NCBI GenBank assembly: GCA_964384105.1
Contig: CAYLJV010000001.1
Coordinates: 1 to 64,000, forward strand
Source of the DNA: Candidatus Hadarchaeota archaeon
GTDB taxonomy: Archaea; Hadarchaeota; Hadarchaeia; Hadarchaeales; JAGGTB01
Direction: 5' to 3'
DNA length: 64,000 nt
Made by a program: the position numbers and the translations under genes. Shown here one piece after another: positions 19,894 through 28,194 of the stretch (position 1 is the first letter of the stretch; each line of letters starts with the position of its first letter). The notes beneath the pieces are model-generated. The model worked only from the letters and a program-made list of their open reading frames with translations, made no database searches and was not told where the DNA came from.

Positions 19894-21129
19894 TTGTCTC
19901 AATCCTATGCGGTTGATTTCCATATTCACAGTACCTTTTCTGCCGCTACTTCCGGTAGAATGATTTTCGATAAGATCGGGGAACAGGCTGAGATAAAAGG
20001 CCTCGACTTTGTGGGTACTGGAGATATTTTGAATCCGAAGTGGATGAGTCTTCTTCGTGAAGAATTAGAGGAGATAGAAGAAGGTACTTATAAATATCCT
20101 TCTTACGATACGAGGTTCATTTTGACCGCGGAGGTAGAAGATAGAAACAGGGTTCACCATCTAATCCTTTTTCCCTCAATCACTAAAGTCTTGGATTTTC
20201 GAGGTGAGCTGGGTAAATACTCCTCCGATATTAACATCGATGGTAGGCCAAGTTTCGATCTCGGAGCTCCTGAATTGGTGGAGGTCGCCTCGGATCTCGA
20301 CTGTTTGATCGGTCCTTGTCACGCCTTCACACCTTGGACGAGTATTTATAAAGAGTTCGACACTCTTGCCGATTGTTACGGTGATCAGACCAAGAACGTG
20401 AATTTTTTGGAGCTCGGGCTCAGTGCGGATACTTACATGGCAGATAGGATCGAGGAGTTGCACGACCTGCCTTTCCTATCCAATTCCGACGCTCATAGTC
20501 CTTGGCCGAATAAGCTCGGCAGGGAGTTTAATCGGTTCGAGCTATCCGAGCCGTTATCCGCAAAGATTTTTGAATCAATTGCGAAGAAGAGAAATATCAC
20601 CCTAAATGTCGGATTGAACCCAAAGCTGGGAAAATATCACCTCACGGCCTGTTCTAGCTGCCACGAGAGGTATTCTATCGAAGACGCCAAGAAACTCCAC
20701 TGGCGATGTGAAAAGTGTGGAGACAGTATAAAAAAGGGAGTTTCTGATAGAATCAATGAATTGGCGGATTTCGATTCACCTGTGAGTCCCTCTTTTAGGC
20801 CCGAATACGTTCATACCGCTCCACTCTCTGAGGTTATATCCATCGGCTTGAACAGCAGAAGTCCCCGAACTGCAGAGGTTCAAAATTTTTGGAGGATACT
20901 TATAGAGGAATTTGGAGATGAGATCTCGGTTTTGATAGATGCAGATATCTCAGAAATATCCAAGATATCCAATAAGAAAATCTCTGTTGTTATAAAGTCC
21001 TTCAGAGAAGGCAGTCTGAGGATATACCCTGGTGGTGGTGGGGAGTACGGAAAGCTTGAAATATCATCGGAATTTACTAAGTCTGGAAAAAGGAGGATAC
21101 AGAAGACTCTTTCGGATTTTGGTGGTTAA
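19894..21129 (+). CDS. TIGR00375 family PHP nuclease (endonuclease Q-like)
   Basis: DFHIHS, GTGD, ELGLSAD, SNSDAHS, LGREFN, GKYH..CSSC..CEKC, GGGGEYG. Confidence 0.88.
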   Translation: MSQSYAVDFHIHSTFSAATSGRMIFDKIGEQAEIKGLDFVGTGDILNPKWMSLLREELEEIEEGTYKYPSYDTRFILTAEVEDRNRVHHLILFPSITKVLDFRGELGKYSSDINIDGRPSFDLGAPELVEVASDLDCLIGPCHAFTPWTSIYKEFDTLADCYGDQTKNVNFLELGLSADTYMADRIEELHDLPFLSNSDAHSPWPNKLGREFNRFELSEPLSAKIFESIAKKRNITLNVGLNPKLGKYHLTACSSCHERYSIEDAKKLHWRCEKCGDSIKKGVSDRINELADFDSPVSPSFRPEYVHTAPLSEVISIGLNSRSPRTAEVQNFWRILIEEFGDEISVLIDADISEISKISNKKISVVIKSFREGSLRIYPGGGGEYGKLEISSEFTKSGKRRIQKTLSDFGG

Positions 21130-21131
21130 TT

Positions 21132-21299
21132 ATGAGGATAAAAGTTTCAGCGTGTTTCAAATGCGGTGCTTGTGCCAGTGTTTGTCCCATCGATGTTATC
21201 GATGTCAAGGACAAGAGTATAAAAGTTAGAGAGGGTTGTACTGATTGTGGTTTGTGTTTAAAGGCTTGTCCGGTAGGTGCTATAGAAATTGAAGGATAA
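21132..21299 (+). CDS. 2x[4Fe-4S] ferredoxin (55 aa)
   Basis: Not in the ORF track: MRIKVSACFKCGACASVCPIDVI...GCTDCGLCLKACPVGAIEIEG; overlaps the GGR start. Confidence 0.88.
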   Translation: MRIKVSACFKCGACASVCPIDVIDVKDKSIKVREGCTDCGLCLKACPVGAIEIEG

Positions 21300-22473
21300 T
21301 TATGATATTGTGATAGTTGGTGCAGGTCCTGCCGGCTCGACGGCAGCGAAAGCGGCGGTCGATAATGGTGCAGACGTGTTGATGGTGGATAAACGCCACG
21401 AGCTCGGAGTTCCTGTTCAGTGTGGAGAAGCTCTTTCCGAGCATGTCTTGGGCGAGCTGGGCATTGAACCGGACCCCACTTGGGCTATTAATAGAATCGG
21501 TGCCGCGAGACTGGTGTCTCCCTCCGGAAAAGCTGTTGAGATAGAACAGAGGTCAGTTGGTAAAGTAGGTTACGTTCTCGATAGAAAGGTTTTCGATAAG
21601 GACTTGGCTATTAGGGCGGTTAGATCAGGAGCAGATATACGAGTAGGTACCTTTGTAACAGGTCTGATCAAAGAGGACGGGAAGCTGAAGGGTGTGAAGT
21701 ACGATTCCTACGATGGTTCCGGTGAAGTATATGCTGATTTGATAATAGCGGCCGATGGGGTGATGTCCAAGGTTGCTAAGTGGGCTGGTTTCGATACAAC
21801 CTTGGGACCTGAGGATATTGAGTCGGGAATACAGTTCAAACTCGTAAATGTAAGTGTTGACTCAAAGTCAACGATGACATTCTACTTCGGCAGGGAGATC
21901 GCTCCTGGAGGATATGTCTGGGTGTTTCCTCGTGGCGATGACATAGCAAACGTGGGAATCGGGACTTTGCCTGCGAGGGCCGAGAAACCTTCCATCGAGT
22001 ATCTCAGGGATTTCATTGCAAGTCAACCATCGTTGAAGGACGGTAGTATAGTAGAGGTTAATGCAGGGGGAGTTCCAGTCTGTGGACCTTTGGATAAGAC
22101 TTACGGTGACAATATTTTGATCGTGGGTGATGCTGCGAGGCAGGTAAACTCCATGACTGGTGGTGGAATAGACTGGTCTATGAGGGCGGGTAATATAGCC
22201 GGCGAGGTTGCAGCTGCAGCTGTGGCGGAAGGTGATATCTCTGGGGAGAGATTAAAGGAATATGAAGATATTTGGCGTGAACAGATAGGTGAAAAGTTAA
22301 GGAAATATTACGAGGGTAAGGAGGTACTTCTGGATCTCACTGACGACGAGTTGGACCAGTTGGCCGATAGTCTACAGGATGTAGATTTCGAAAAGATTAG
22401 CCTGACCCAGATGCTTAAAGTCTTGATAAAAACCAATCCAAAACTTATGTGGAAACTAAAGGGTTTGATGTAA
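21289..22473 (+). CDS. Digeranylgeranylglycerophospholipid reductase (GGR)
   Basis: GAGPAGS, PVQCGE, APGGYVWVFP, GDAA..VN..TGGGI. Confidence 0.92.
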   Translation: MKDNYDIVIVGAGPAGSTAAKAAVDNGADVLMVDKRHELGVPVQCGEALSEHVLGELGIEPDPTWAINRIGAARLVSPSGKAVEIEQRSVGKVGYVLDRKVFDKDLAIRAVRSGADIRVGTFVTGLIKEDGKLKGVKYDSYDGSGEVYADLIIAADGVMSKVAKWAGFDTTLGPEDIESGIQFKLVNVSVDSKSTMTFYFGREIAPGGYVWVFPRGDDIANVGIGTLPARAEKPSIEYLRDFIASQPSLKDGSIVEVNAGGVPVCGPLDKTYGDNILIVGDAARQVNSMTGGGIDWSMRAGNIAGEVAAAAVAEGDISGERLKEYEDIWREQIGEKLRKYYEGKEVLLDLTDDELDQLADSLQDVDFEKISLTQMLKVLIKTNPKLMWKLKGLM

Positions 22474-22479
22474 CTTTTT

Positions 22480-23808
22480 CTAAGGTTTCAGTCTTTTTCT
22501 GTCTCTTGGGAACAGGACACATTCTCGGATGTTTTTTGTTCCAGTAAGTATCATTATCAGTCTCTCTAGCCCTAGTCCGAAGCCAGCATGTGGTGGAATA
22601 CCCCAGTCAAAGTTTTTGAGATGGTACTCGAATTGACGTGGACTCAGTCCACTTTCTTTGAGTCTTTCGATCAGCAGTTCTTTGTTGTGTATTCTTGTAC
22701 CTCCGGAGGCCAGTTCTATTTCTCTACATAGCAGGTCAAATGCATGGGATATCTCTTCTTTTTCTTCCTGTGGGCTGATGTAGAATGGTTTCATTTCCGT
22801 TGGCCAGTCGACAACGAAGTAAGGTCCTTCTAGAATCTCACCGAGCTTTCTCTGTTCTGGAGTTGAGAAGTCTTCACCCCATTTTATTTTCTCGCCAGCG
22901 TCCTGTAGCATTTCTATAGCTTTTTTGTAGGTTACTCTGGGAAGCGGCTTCTCGGGAACTTCTAAATCGTGCTCGAGTGTATCCAATTCTTTTTGAGCTT
23001 TGTTTTTTACTCTCTCGAAGACGGATAGAATTATTTTTTCCAGAATGTCCATAACGTCTTCCTTTTCTGCGAAGGCCATCTCGATGTCGACCGACATTAC
23101 TTCGTTTAGGTGGTAGCTTGTATCGTGTTCTTCCGCTCTGTATATGGGGCCAATTTCGAAAATTTTCTCGAAACTACCCGTGAGAATCTCTTTATAAAGC
23201 TGTGGGCTTTGGCTCAGAAAGGCCTCCTTCTCGAAGTAAGAAACGGGAAAGAGCATCGCACCCGTCTCGGTTGCACTTCCCACTATTTTTGGTGTATTTA
23301 CTTCGTGGAAGCCTTGGGACAGAAGGGTTTCTCTAATCGCCTGTATAGTTTCATGTTTTATCTTGAAGATCGCCTGAGGTTTTGGACGACGCAGGTCGAG
23401 GAGGCGGGCGTCTAATCTGGTATCCAGATCCGCTTTTACCCGTCCCGTAGGGTCAAGTGGGAGAGGTGTTGTAGCGGGATTTAAGTTTTTGATCTCGGAG
23501 GGAATTATCTCTACACCACCTGGTGCTTGATTGGATTTTGTTATTTCACCTTTGACGGCAACGGCGGATTGTTTTGTAAGGGTGTCAATCTTATCAAAAA
23601 TAGATTGTTCTACTTTTTTTTCTGGAGCCGTTATTTGTATTTTGCCTGTTGAATCGTGAAGATTAAAGAATTTTATACCCCCAAGATCCTTCAAATCATC
23701 GACCCACCCCATTAAAATCGCTTCTTCTCCAGATTTTTCTGGTTCTATATCTGCGGCGGAATGTGTTTTTCTCCAATCACCTAGCCCGTCTTTCTGCATA
23801 CTATCCAA
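22480..23808 (-). CDS. aspS: Aspartate--tRNA ligase (archaeal type)
   Basis: OB anticodon domain, LSQSPQLYK, YRAE, PPHAGFGLGLERL, LFPRD. Confidence 0.96.
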   Translation of the reverse strand: MDSMQKDGLGDWRKTHSAADIEPEKSGEEAILMGWVDDLKDLGGIKFFNLHDSTGKIQITAPEKKVEQSIFDKIDTLTKQSAVAVKGEITKSNQAPGGVEIIPSEIKNLNPATTPLPLDPTGRVKADLDTRLDARLLDLRRPKPQAIFKIKHETIQAIRETLLSQGFHEVNTPKIVGSATETGAMLFPVSYFEKEAFLSQSPQLYKEILTGSFEKIFEIGPIYRAEEHDTSYHLNEVMSVDIEMAFAEKEDVMDILEKIILSVFERVKNKAQKELDTLEHDLEVPEKPLPRVTYKKAIEMLQDAGEKIKWGEDFSTPEQRKLGEILEGPYFVVDWPTEMKPFYISPQEEKEEISHAFDLLCREIELASGGTRIHNKELLIERLKESGLSPRQFEYHLKNFDWGIPPHAGFGLGLERLIMILTGTKNIRECVLFPRDRKRLKP

Positions 23809-23917
23809 CTCCTATTTTTGCCTTTTATTCTATTGTGTGTGGGTATTTTAGATTTAGCCCGTTTTGTTATTTTCGTAATTGTCTTCGTTTCTGTTGACTG
23901 TGGACCCACGGACCACG

Positions 23918-24325
23918 CTAAGGTTCTAATTTCTCCATCATGGCCATTCTCTTCTCTAATCTTGCCCTAATTGCTTCTATATCTCCTTCACCTTCCAGTA
24001 ATCTTACATAGTCCGTTAGATCCTCGGCGAGCATTTCTGTAACTTTTGGGTCTAATATACCACTGTAAGCTGCTAGTTCCACCGTATAAAAGGATTGAAT
24101 AATCTTATTAAATCCCTTTTTATATCTCTTCCAGGCCCCAGACCTGTTTATCCCCATTTCAGAGGCTAAATCTTCGAAAGTGACTTCTTCTAGGGTGAAA
24201 TAAATCATCAAAGCTTTAAGTTCTTCTTTTTTTAGGTTAGATTTCTTAAGAAGGGCTTTTAATAGAGTGTTTTCTTCTATCCATTTCTCTATTTCTTCCA
24301 CTTCTTCCTGTATCCTCATGTCCAT
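23918..24325 (-). CDS. HTH-containing putative DNA-binding protein (Tfx/sigma-region-4-like)
   Basis: TFEDLASEMGINRSGAWKRYKKG HTH signature. Confidence 0.65.
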   Translation of the reverse strand: MDMRIQEEVEEIEKWIEENTLLKALLKKSNLKKEELKALMIYFTLEEVTFEDLASEMGINRSGAWKRYKKGFNKIIQSFYTVELAAYSGILDPKVTEMLAEDLTDYVRLLEGEGDIEAIRARLEKRMAMMEKLEP

Positions 24326-24329
24326 ATAT

Positions 24330-24348
24330 GTTTCCTAAATCAGGAAAC
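24330..24348. promoter_or_regulatory. Perfect inverted repeat GTTTCCT-N5-AGGAAAC (putative operator)
   Basis: Lies between a minus-strand TTATAA box (~24350-24356) and the ATG at 24325. Confidence 0.55.
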
Positions 24349-24395
24349 GTTTATAATTCTATTGGATTTTATGGTTGGCGAATCAATAGTTTTTT

Positions 24396-24473
24396 GTAGA
24401 CTTTTAGACAACACATTAGTGTAGACTTGAAGTCAATGGGTTGACTGTTAGTCAATGTAGACTTTGGGACAAC
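24396..24473. repeat. Four palindromic GTWGAC-N5-GWCAAY sites upstream of 24481
   Basis: 24396 GTAGACttttaGACAAC; 24421 GTAGACttgaaGTCAAT; 24440 GTTGACtgttaGTCAAT; 24457 GTAGACtttggGACAAC. Confidence 0.85.
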
Positions 24474-24480
24474 GGATAAT

Positions 24481-25248
24481 ATGAACTTGGAACTTGTTAA
24501 ATTCGTCCCCCCTGATATTCGGTTGGAGATCGCCCAAAAAATAATTCAGGAGAGTGGGATAAGGCCACTTGCGAGGGAGATAGAGGTGGATCCAAAGTCT
24601 GTTTACAAGTATAAAGAGGGATCTTCAAGGCCTGGTGATGAGGTTATGTCCAAGCTTCTAGCTTTGACCAAGAGGGATTTCCCTGACATGTTTGATGAGT
24701 ATATATCCAAGTTGGATAAGAGCTTCTCTGAAGCTCTAAATTCACCAATAAGGCCAGAAGAAATCCTTTCCTCTGGTGCCGGAGGCTTTGTAGGTAGGAG
24801 AACTGTTGCCCGAAAGTCAACGGAATCTACTGCTAGGGGCAGGGTTGACCGTGAGACAACAAAGAAGTCTGTTGACCAAGAGTCAACAAAAAAGAGGGGG
24901 GAGCCATCTGTTGACCGGGAACCAACGAAAGAGACTGGGAAAGGGGAGGCTGAGGCTCGAACTGAAGAACATACTGAGACAAGTAAGGAAATTGAAAAAG
25001 AGTTATCTTTTGATGATTTATGTGATAGAATTGGGGTGACGAACCCATTCGATAGACGTAAAGTTGAAAAAATAGTAGACTCTTTCGAAGAGAAGCCAGA
25101 GCTTAGTTTTTCCGAAATAATAGAACTCACGGGTCTCTCAGAGAATGCTGTAGAGAAGTACCTCGATGAGCTCACTTCGGAGGGACTTGTAAAAGAAACC
25201 AGTTCAGAATCTTATAAGATTAATACAAAAATTGGGAGTAATAGGTGA
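24481..25248 (+). CDS. Two-domain DNA-binding protein: N-terminal XRE/Cro-type HTH, charged linker, C-terminal winged HTH
   Basis: GIRPLAREIEVDPKSVYKYKEGSSRPGDEVM; LSFSEIIELTGLSENAVEKYLDELTSEGLVKE. Confidence 0.8.
   Translation: MNLELVKFVPPDIRLEIAQKIIQESGIRPLAREIEVDPKSVYKYKEGSSRPGDEVMSKLLALTKRDFPDMFDEYISKLDKSFSEALNSPIRPEEILSSGAGGFVGRRTVARKSTESTARGRVDRETTKKSVDQESTKKRGEPSVDREPTKETGKGEAEARTEEHTETSKEIEKELSFDDLCDRIGVTNPFDRRKVEKIVDSFEEKPELSFSEIIELTGLSENAVEKYLDELTSEGLVKETSSESYKINTKIGSNR
24805..24926. repeat. Four intragenic copies of GTTGAC-N5-GTCAAC
   Basis: 24805 GTTGCCcgaaaGTCAAC; 24844 GTTGACcgtgaGACAAC; 24871 GTTGACcaagaGTCAAC; 24910 GTTGACcgggaACCAAC. Confidence 0.85.
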
Positions 25249-26162
25249 TTAGATTGTCACTGATAGAGGAGAAGTTTACTACCGACAAGTTCGATAGAAA
25301 GAAGAAAGCTTTCTTCAAAAATTTTGGTTGGAAGTTTATGCCTTTCGCCCAGAAGGACTCACTTCCGGATCCTGAACTTCTGGTTCCCCATCAGATAGAG
25401 GAGGTTCAGGAGATTATAGATCTCGTTAAAGATGGTGATCTAGTATCCTTCATAACGTCCGAGATTGGAATGGGAAAGACCACTTTGTCCAAGTTCTTAG
25501 CTGTTGCTCTTCCCCAACAGGATGATCAAAACATAGTTTCGGTCTTTCTACACGGCCCTTCGATAGAGAACAGAGAGCAGATGTTACGGCTTATCCTGGA
25601 GAGATTGGAGTTACAGACCAAGGAAGGCGACTTGGCTTTTGAATTTGAGAAGCTTAGAAGCTGGCCAGAGGAGTATCCCGACTTCCTTCTCACTATTATA
25701 GTAGATGAATTTCCTGATGTTAGCAAGGATGCCTTGGAGATAGTTCGATCCGTGGCGGATCTTGAGAACATAGTGTGGATTCTAAACGGATGTGACGGTG
25801 AACTACTGGAGTTTGTGGGTAACAATGCTCCCGCTCTTTTGGAGAGAAGGAGGTACACCCTTCATCTGAGGCCAATGAACCAGGAGGAAATCAGGGAAAT
25901 GTTGATCTACAGGATGGCCTGGGCGAGGGGAGGAGACTATGATACCAGGTCTATCGAGCCGTTCACCGGCGATGCGGTAGAAAAAATATACAAAAAATCC
26001 GGTGGAGCTCCTCGGAGGGCTCTGAAACTGGCTAGTGAGGCTGTTTACACGGCTATCGAGAAGGACAAGCTTCAGATCGATTCCGGGCTGATCTACGAGA
26101 GGAAATCAAAGAAAGAGAGGGGGGGCAGTTTCTGGTCTTTTCTCCCTTTTGTTGGCGAGTAG
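25245..26162 (+). CDS. AAA+ ATPase (ExeA/Cdc6-like, no C-terminal wHTH) with aromatic amphipathic C-terminus
   Basis: Walker A SEIGMGKT, Walker B IIVDE, sensor-1 ILNG, Arg finger LLERR, sensor-2 SGGAPRRAL; start overlaps the upstream stop (GTGA). Confidence 0.85.
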   Translation: MIRLSLIEEKFTTDKFDRKKKAFFKNFGWKFMPFAQKDSLPDPELLVPHQIEEVQEIIDLVKDGDLVSFITSEIGMGKTTLSKFLAVALPQQDDQNIVSVFLHGPSIENREQMLRLILERLELQTKEGDLAFEFEKLRSWPEEYPDFLLTIIVDEFPDVSKDALEIVRSVADLENIVWILNGCDGELLEFVGNNAPALLERRRYTLHLRPMNQEEIREMLIYRMAWARGGDYDTRSIEPFTGDAVEKIYKKSGGAPRRALKLASEAVYTAIEKDKLQIDSGLIYERKSKKERGGSFWSFLPFVGE

Positions 26163-26167
26163 TAGTA

Positions 26168-26431
26168 CTATTTCCTAAATTCGTCTCCCCATACTGTCAG
26201 TGTTTCGGTCTTTCCTACTGATTTTATAGATCTTACTTCTTCAACGAGTTCCGTTAGTTTTGTCAAACTCTTGGTTTCGACCTTTACTAGGATATCACTA
26301 CTTCCAAAAACTGTATGTGCTTCTTTTATCTGTGGTATTTTCTCTACTTTCTTTTTTACCTCGGGGATACTTTCTCTCCCAGATAGAACACTTATTAAAA
26401 TAAAGGCTACCGTCATCTTTATTAACCTCAT
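26168..26431 (-). CDS. Lrp/AsnC ligand-binding (RAM) domain protein
   Basis: AFILI...EAHTVFGSSDILVKVE...TETL. Confidence 0.85.
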   Translation of the reverse strand: MRLIKMTVAFILISVLSGRESIPEVKKKVEKIPQIKEAHTVFGSSDILVKVETKSLTKLTELVEEVRSIKSVGKTETLTVWGDEFRK

Positions 26432-26528
26432 TCTAGTTGTATTTCACAATTACTTATAGTTAAAATGCTGACTATTAGTTAACAAACATTAATTAGGAAG
26501 ATACACTAGTCGTTCTTGAGGTACGTAA

Positions 26529-27143
26529 ATGAGCTACGAATTCGATTTCGATTTAACTAAAGCATCCCGATCCTTCTTCAGGGAATTGGCCAGATTTTCC
26601 GAGAATAAAGGACTTCATAGAGGTGTAGGAGGATTTGTGGAGGATGTTATTCACAGGTTTAAACTGCAGGAATCAACAGGAATCCCCGTTTCAGATATGG
26701 CCAAAGTAGTCAACGATATGATAGACATTCATGCCAAGAATCTGTCTCAGGAGGAGGAGTTTAAGGCTACTAGTGATAGAGCGCTGTTCTTACCTCATTG
26801 CGCCAGAAATTATATGGATGGTAGATGTGAGGCAAAGTTTGATCCAGAGTTTTCTTCTTATAAATGCCAGGGGTGTTCGGAGGATTGTTTGATCAATAGG
26901 GCTTCTGAACTCGGAGAGAAGGAGGGTTACGATGTTTATGTGTTACCTGGGGGGTCATGCATACCGAAGATTATGAAGAAGAGAAACTACGATGCAGTCG
27001 TTGGTGTAGCATGTGCGGGTGAAATCCAGCTTGGACAGGAGTATTTGAAGAAGTTAGATGTTCCTTATCAGGGAGTTCCTTTACTCAAGAACGGTTGTTC
27101 CGGAACCGAGTTTAACATAGATACTTTTAGAGAAATACTCTGA
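26529..27143 (+). CDS. DUF116 family Cys-rich protein
   Basis: LFLPHCAR...C...CQGCSEDC...LPGGSC...GVAC...NGC. Confidence 0.85.
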   Translation: MSYEFDFDLTKASRSFFRELARFSENKGLHRGVGGFVEDVIHRFKLQESTGIPVSDMAKVVNDMIDIHAKNLSQEEEFKATSDRALFLPHCARNYMDGRCEAKFDPEFSSYKCQGCSEDCLINRASELGEKEGYDVYVLPGGSCIPKIMKKRNYDAVVGVACAGEIQLGQEYLKKLDVPYQGVPLLKNGCSGTEFNIDTFREIL

Positions 27144-27150
27144 TTTTTTA

Positions 27151-28167
27151 CTAACATATCCTAGGTGTAGGTGCCCCGATGGGTGCTCTGACTATCCTTT
27201 TTCCGCCTATGGCTGTTTTCAAGTAAACCCTCTTTGGGTATTCCTCTGTGACTTCGCCTATGATCTGGGCGTTTTTACCGTACTTTGTTCCTTTTATTGC
27301 TTCCAAGACCTCACCACTTTTCCCACTATCGACTCCTATGACGGCCTTGCCTTCATTTGTCAGGTTCAGGGGATCGATACCCAATAGCTCACAGATGTTG
27401 TTTACGGGCTCAGAAACCGGGATCGCTTTTTCATTAAGAGCTATGCCGACTTCGGATTTTGATGCTAATTCATTCAAGGTCCCTGCTATACCCCCTCTGG
27501 TAGGATCCTTCATTGCGGTTATACCACCCACCTTCAATCCGGCTTCCACGGTCTCCCAGATGGGATTTACGTCCGATTTTATCTCTCCGCTTATCTTGAT
27601 ACCCTCCCTATGGGCTATGATAGCTGTTTCATGTTCCCCGATGTTCCCGGTGACTATAATCTTGTTCCCCGGTTTTAATCCACTATCTGTGACCAGTGGA
27701 TTCGCTAGTCCGATTCCCGTTGTTGTTATTATCATCTCATCCAGCGAGCCTTTTTCCACGACCTTTGTGTCTCCAGTAACAATTGACACACCCACCTCCT
27801 CGGCCACCTTGTTCATGGAACGGGTAATCTCCCGCAGCTTATTTATCGAAAAACCCTCGCTGAGGACCACCGCGCTCGAGATTGCCAAGGGTTTACCACC
27901 CATAACCGCTAGGTCGTTTACGGTACCCGATATGGCTAGCTTTCCTATGTCTCCTCCCGGGAAAAACAGTGGTTTAATAGCATGTGAGTCGGTCGTGAAG
28001 ACGAGGTTCTCTTTTCCTATACTTATAACAGCCCCATCGTCGAGCTCTTCCAGTCCAACTGGTCCGGTTCTCTTGTTCGAAAATTCTTTCAGCGCTATCC
28101 CTTTGATAAGCTCGGATGTTTTTGTTCCTCCGGCTCCATGTTCTAGAGAAATTTTTTCTTCACTCAT
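27151..28167 (-). CDS. hypE: Hydrogenase maturation protein HypE
   Basis: HGAGG, TTDSH, GTVNDLAVMG, DPTRGG, C-terminal PRIC. Confidence 0.96.
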   Translation of the reverse strand: MSEEKISLEHGAGGTKTSELIKGIALKEFSNKRTGPVGLEELDDGAVISIGKENLVFTTDSHAIKPLFFPGGDIGKLAISGTVNDLAVMGGKPLAISSAVVLSEGFSINKLREITRSMNKVAEEVGVSIVTGDTKVVEKGSLDEMIITTTGIGLANPLVTDSGLKPGNKIIVTGNIGEHETAIIAHREGIKISGEIKSDVNPIWETVEAGLKVGGITAMKDPTRGGIAGTLNELASKSEVGIALNEKAIPVSEPVNNICELLGIDPLNLTNEGKAVIGVDSGKSGEVLEAIKGTKYGKNAQIIGEVTEEYPKRVYLKTAIGGKRIVRAPIGAPTPRIC

Positions 28168-28194
28168 CTTGCTTCCTTCCGTTAATTCAGAAAA

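Noticed and set aside
24330-24473. Canonical Orc1/Cdc6 origin (ORB boxes)
   Set aside because: GGAAAC recalls an ORB half-site, but the TCCA-N-TGGA core and G-string are absent, and the ATPase has no wHTH.
24396-24926. CRISPR array
   Set aside because: Units are 17 bp with variable centres and irregular 0-22 bp gaps, there are no spacer-sized unique sequences and no cas genes, and half the copies lie in a coding frame.
23918-26162. Tn7/Mu-like transposon (TnsC-like ATPase with end repeats) or T2SS ExeA locus
   Set aside because: No DDE transposase, integrase, terminal repeats or secretion/pilus genes nearby; the flanks are housekeeping genes.
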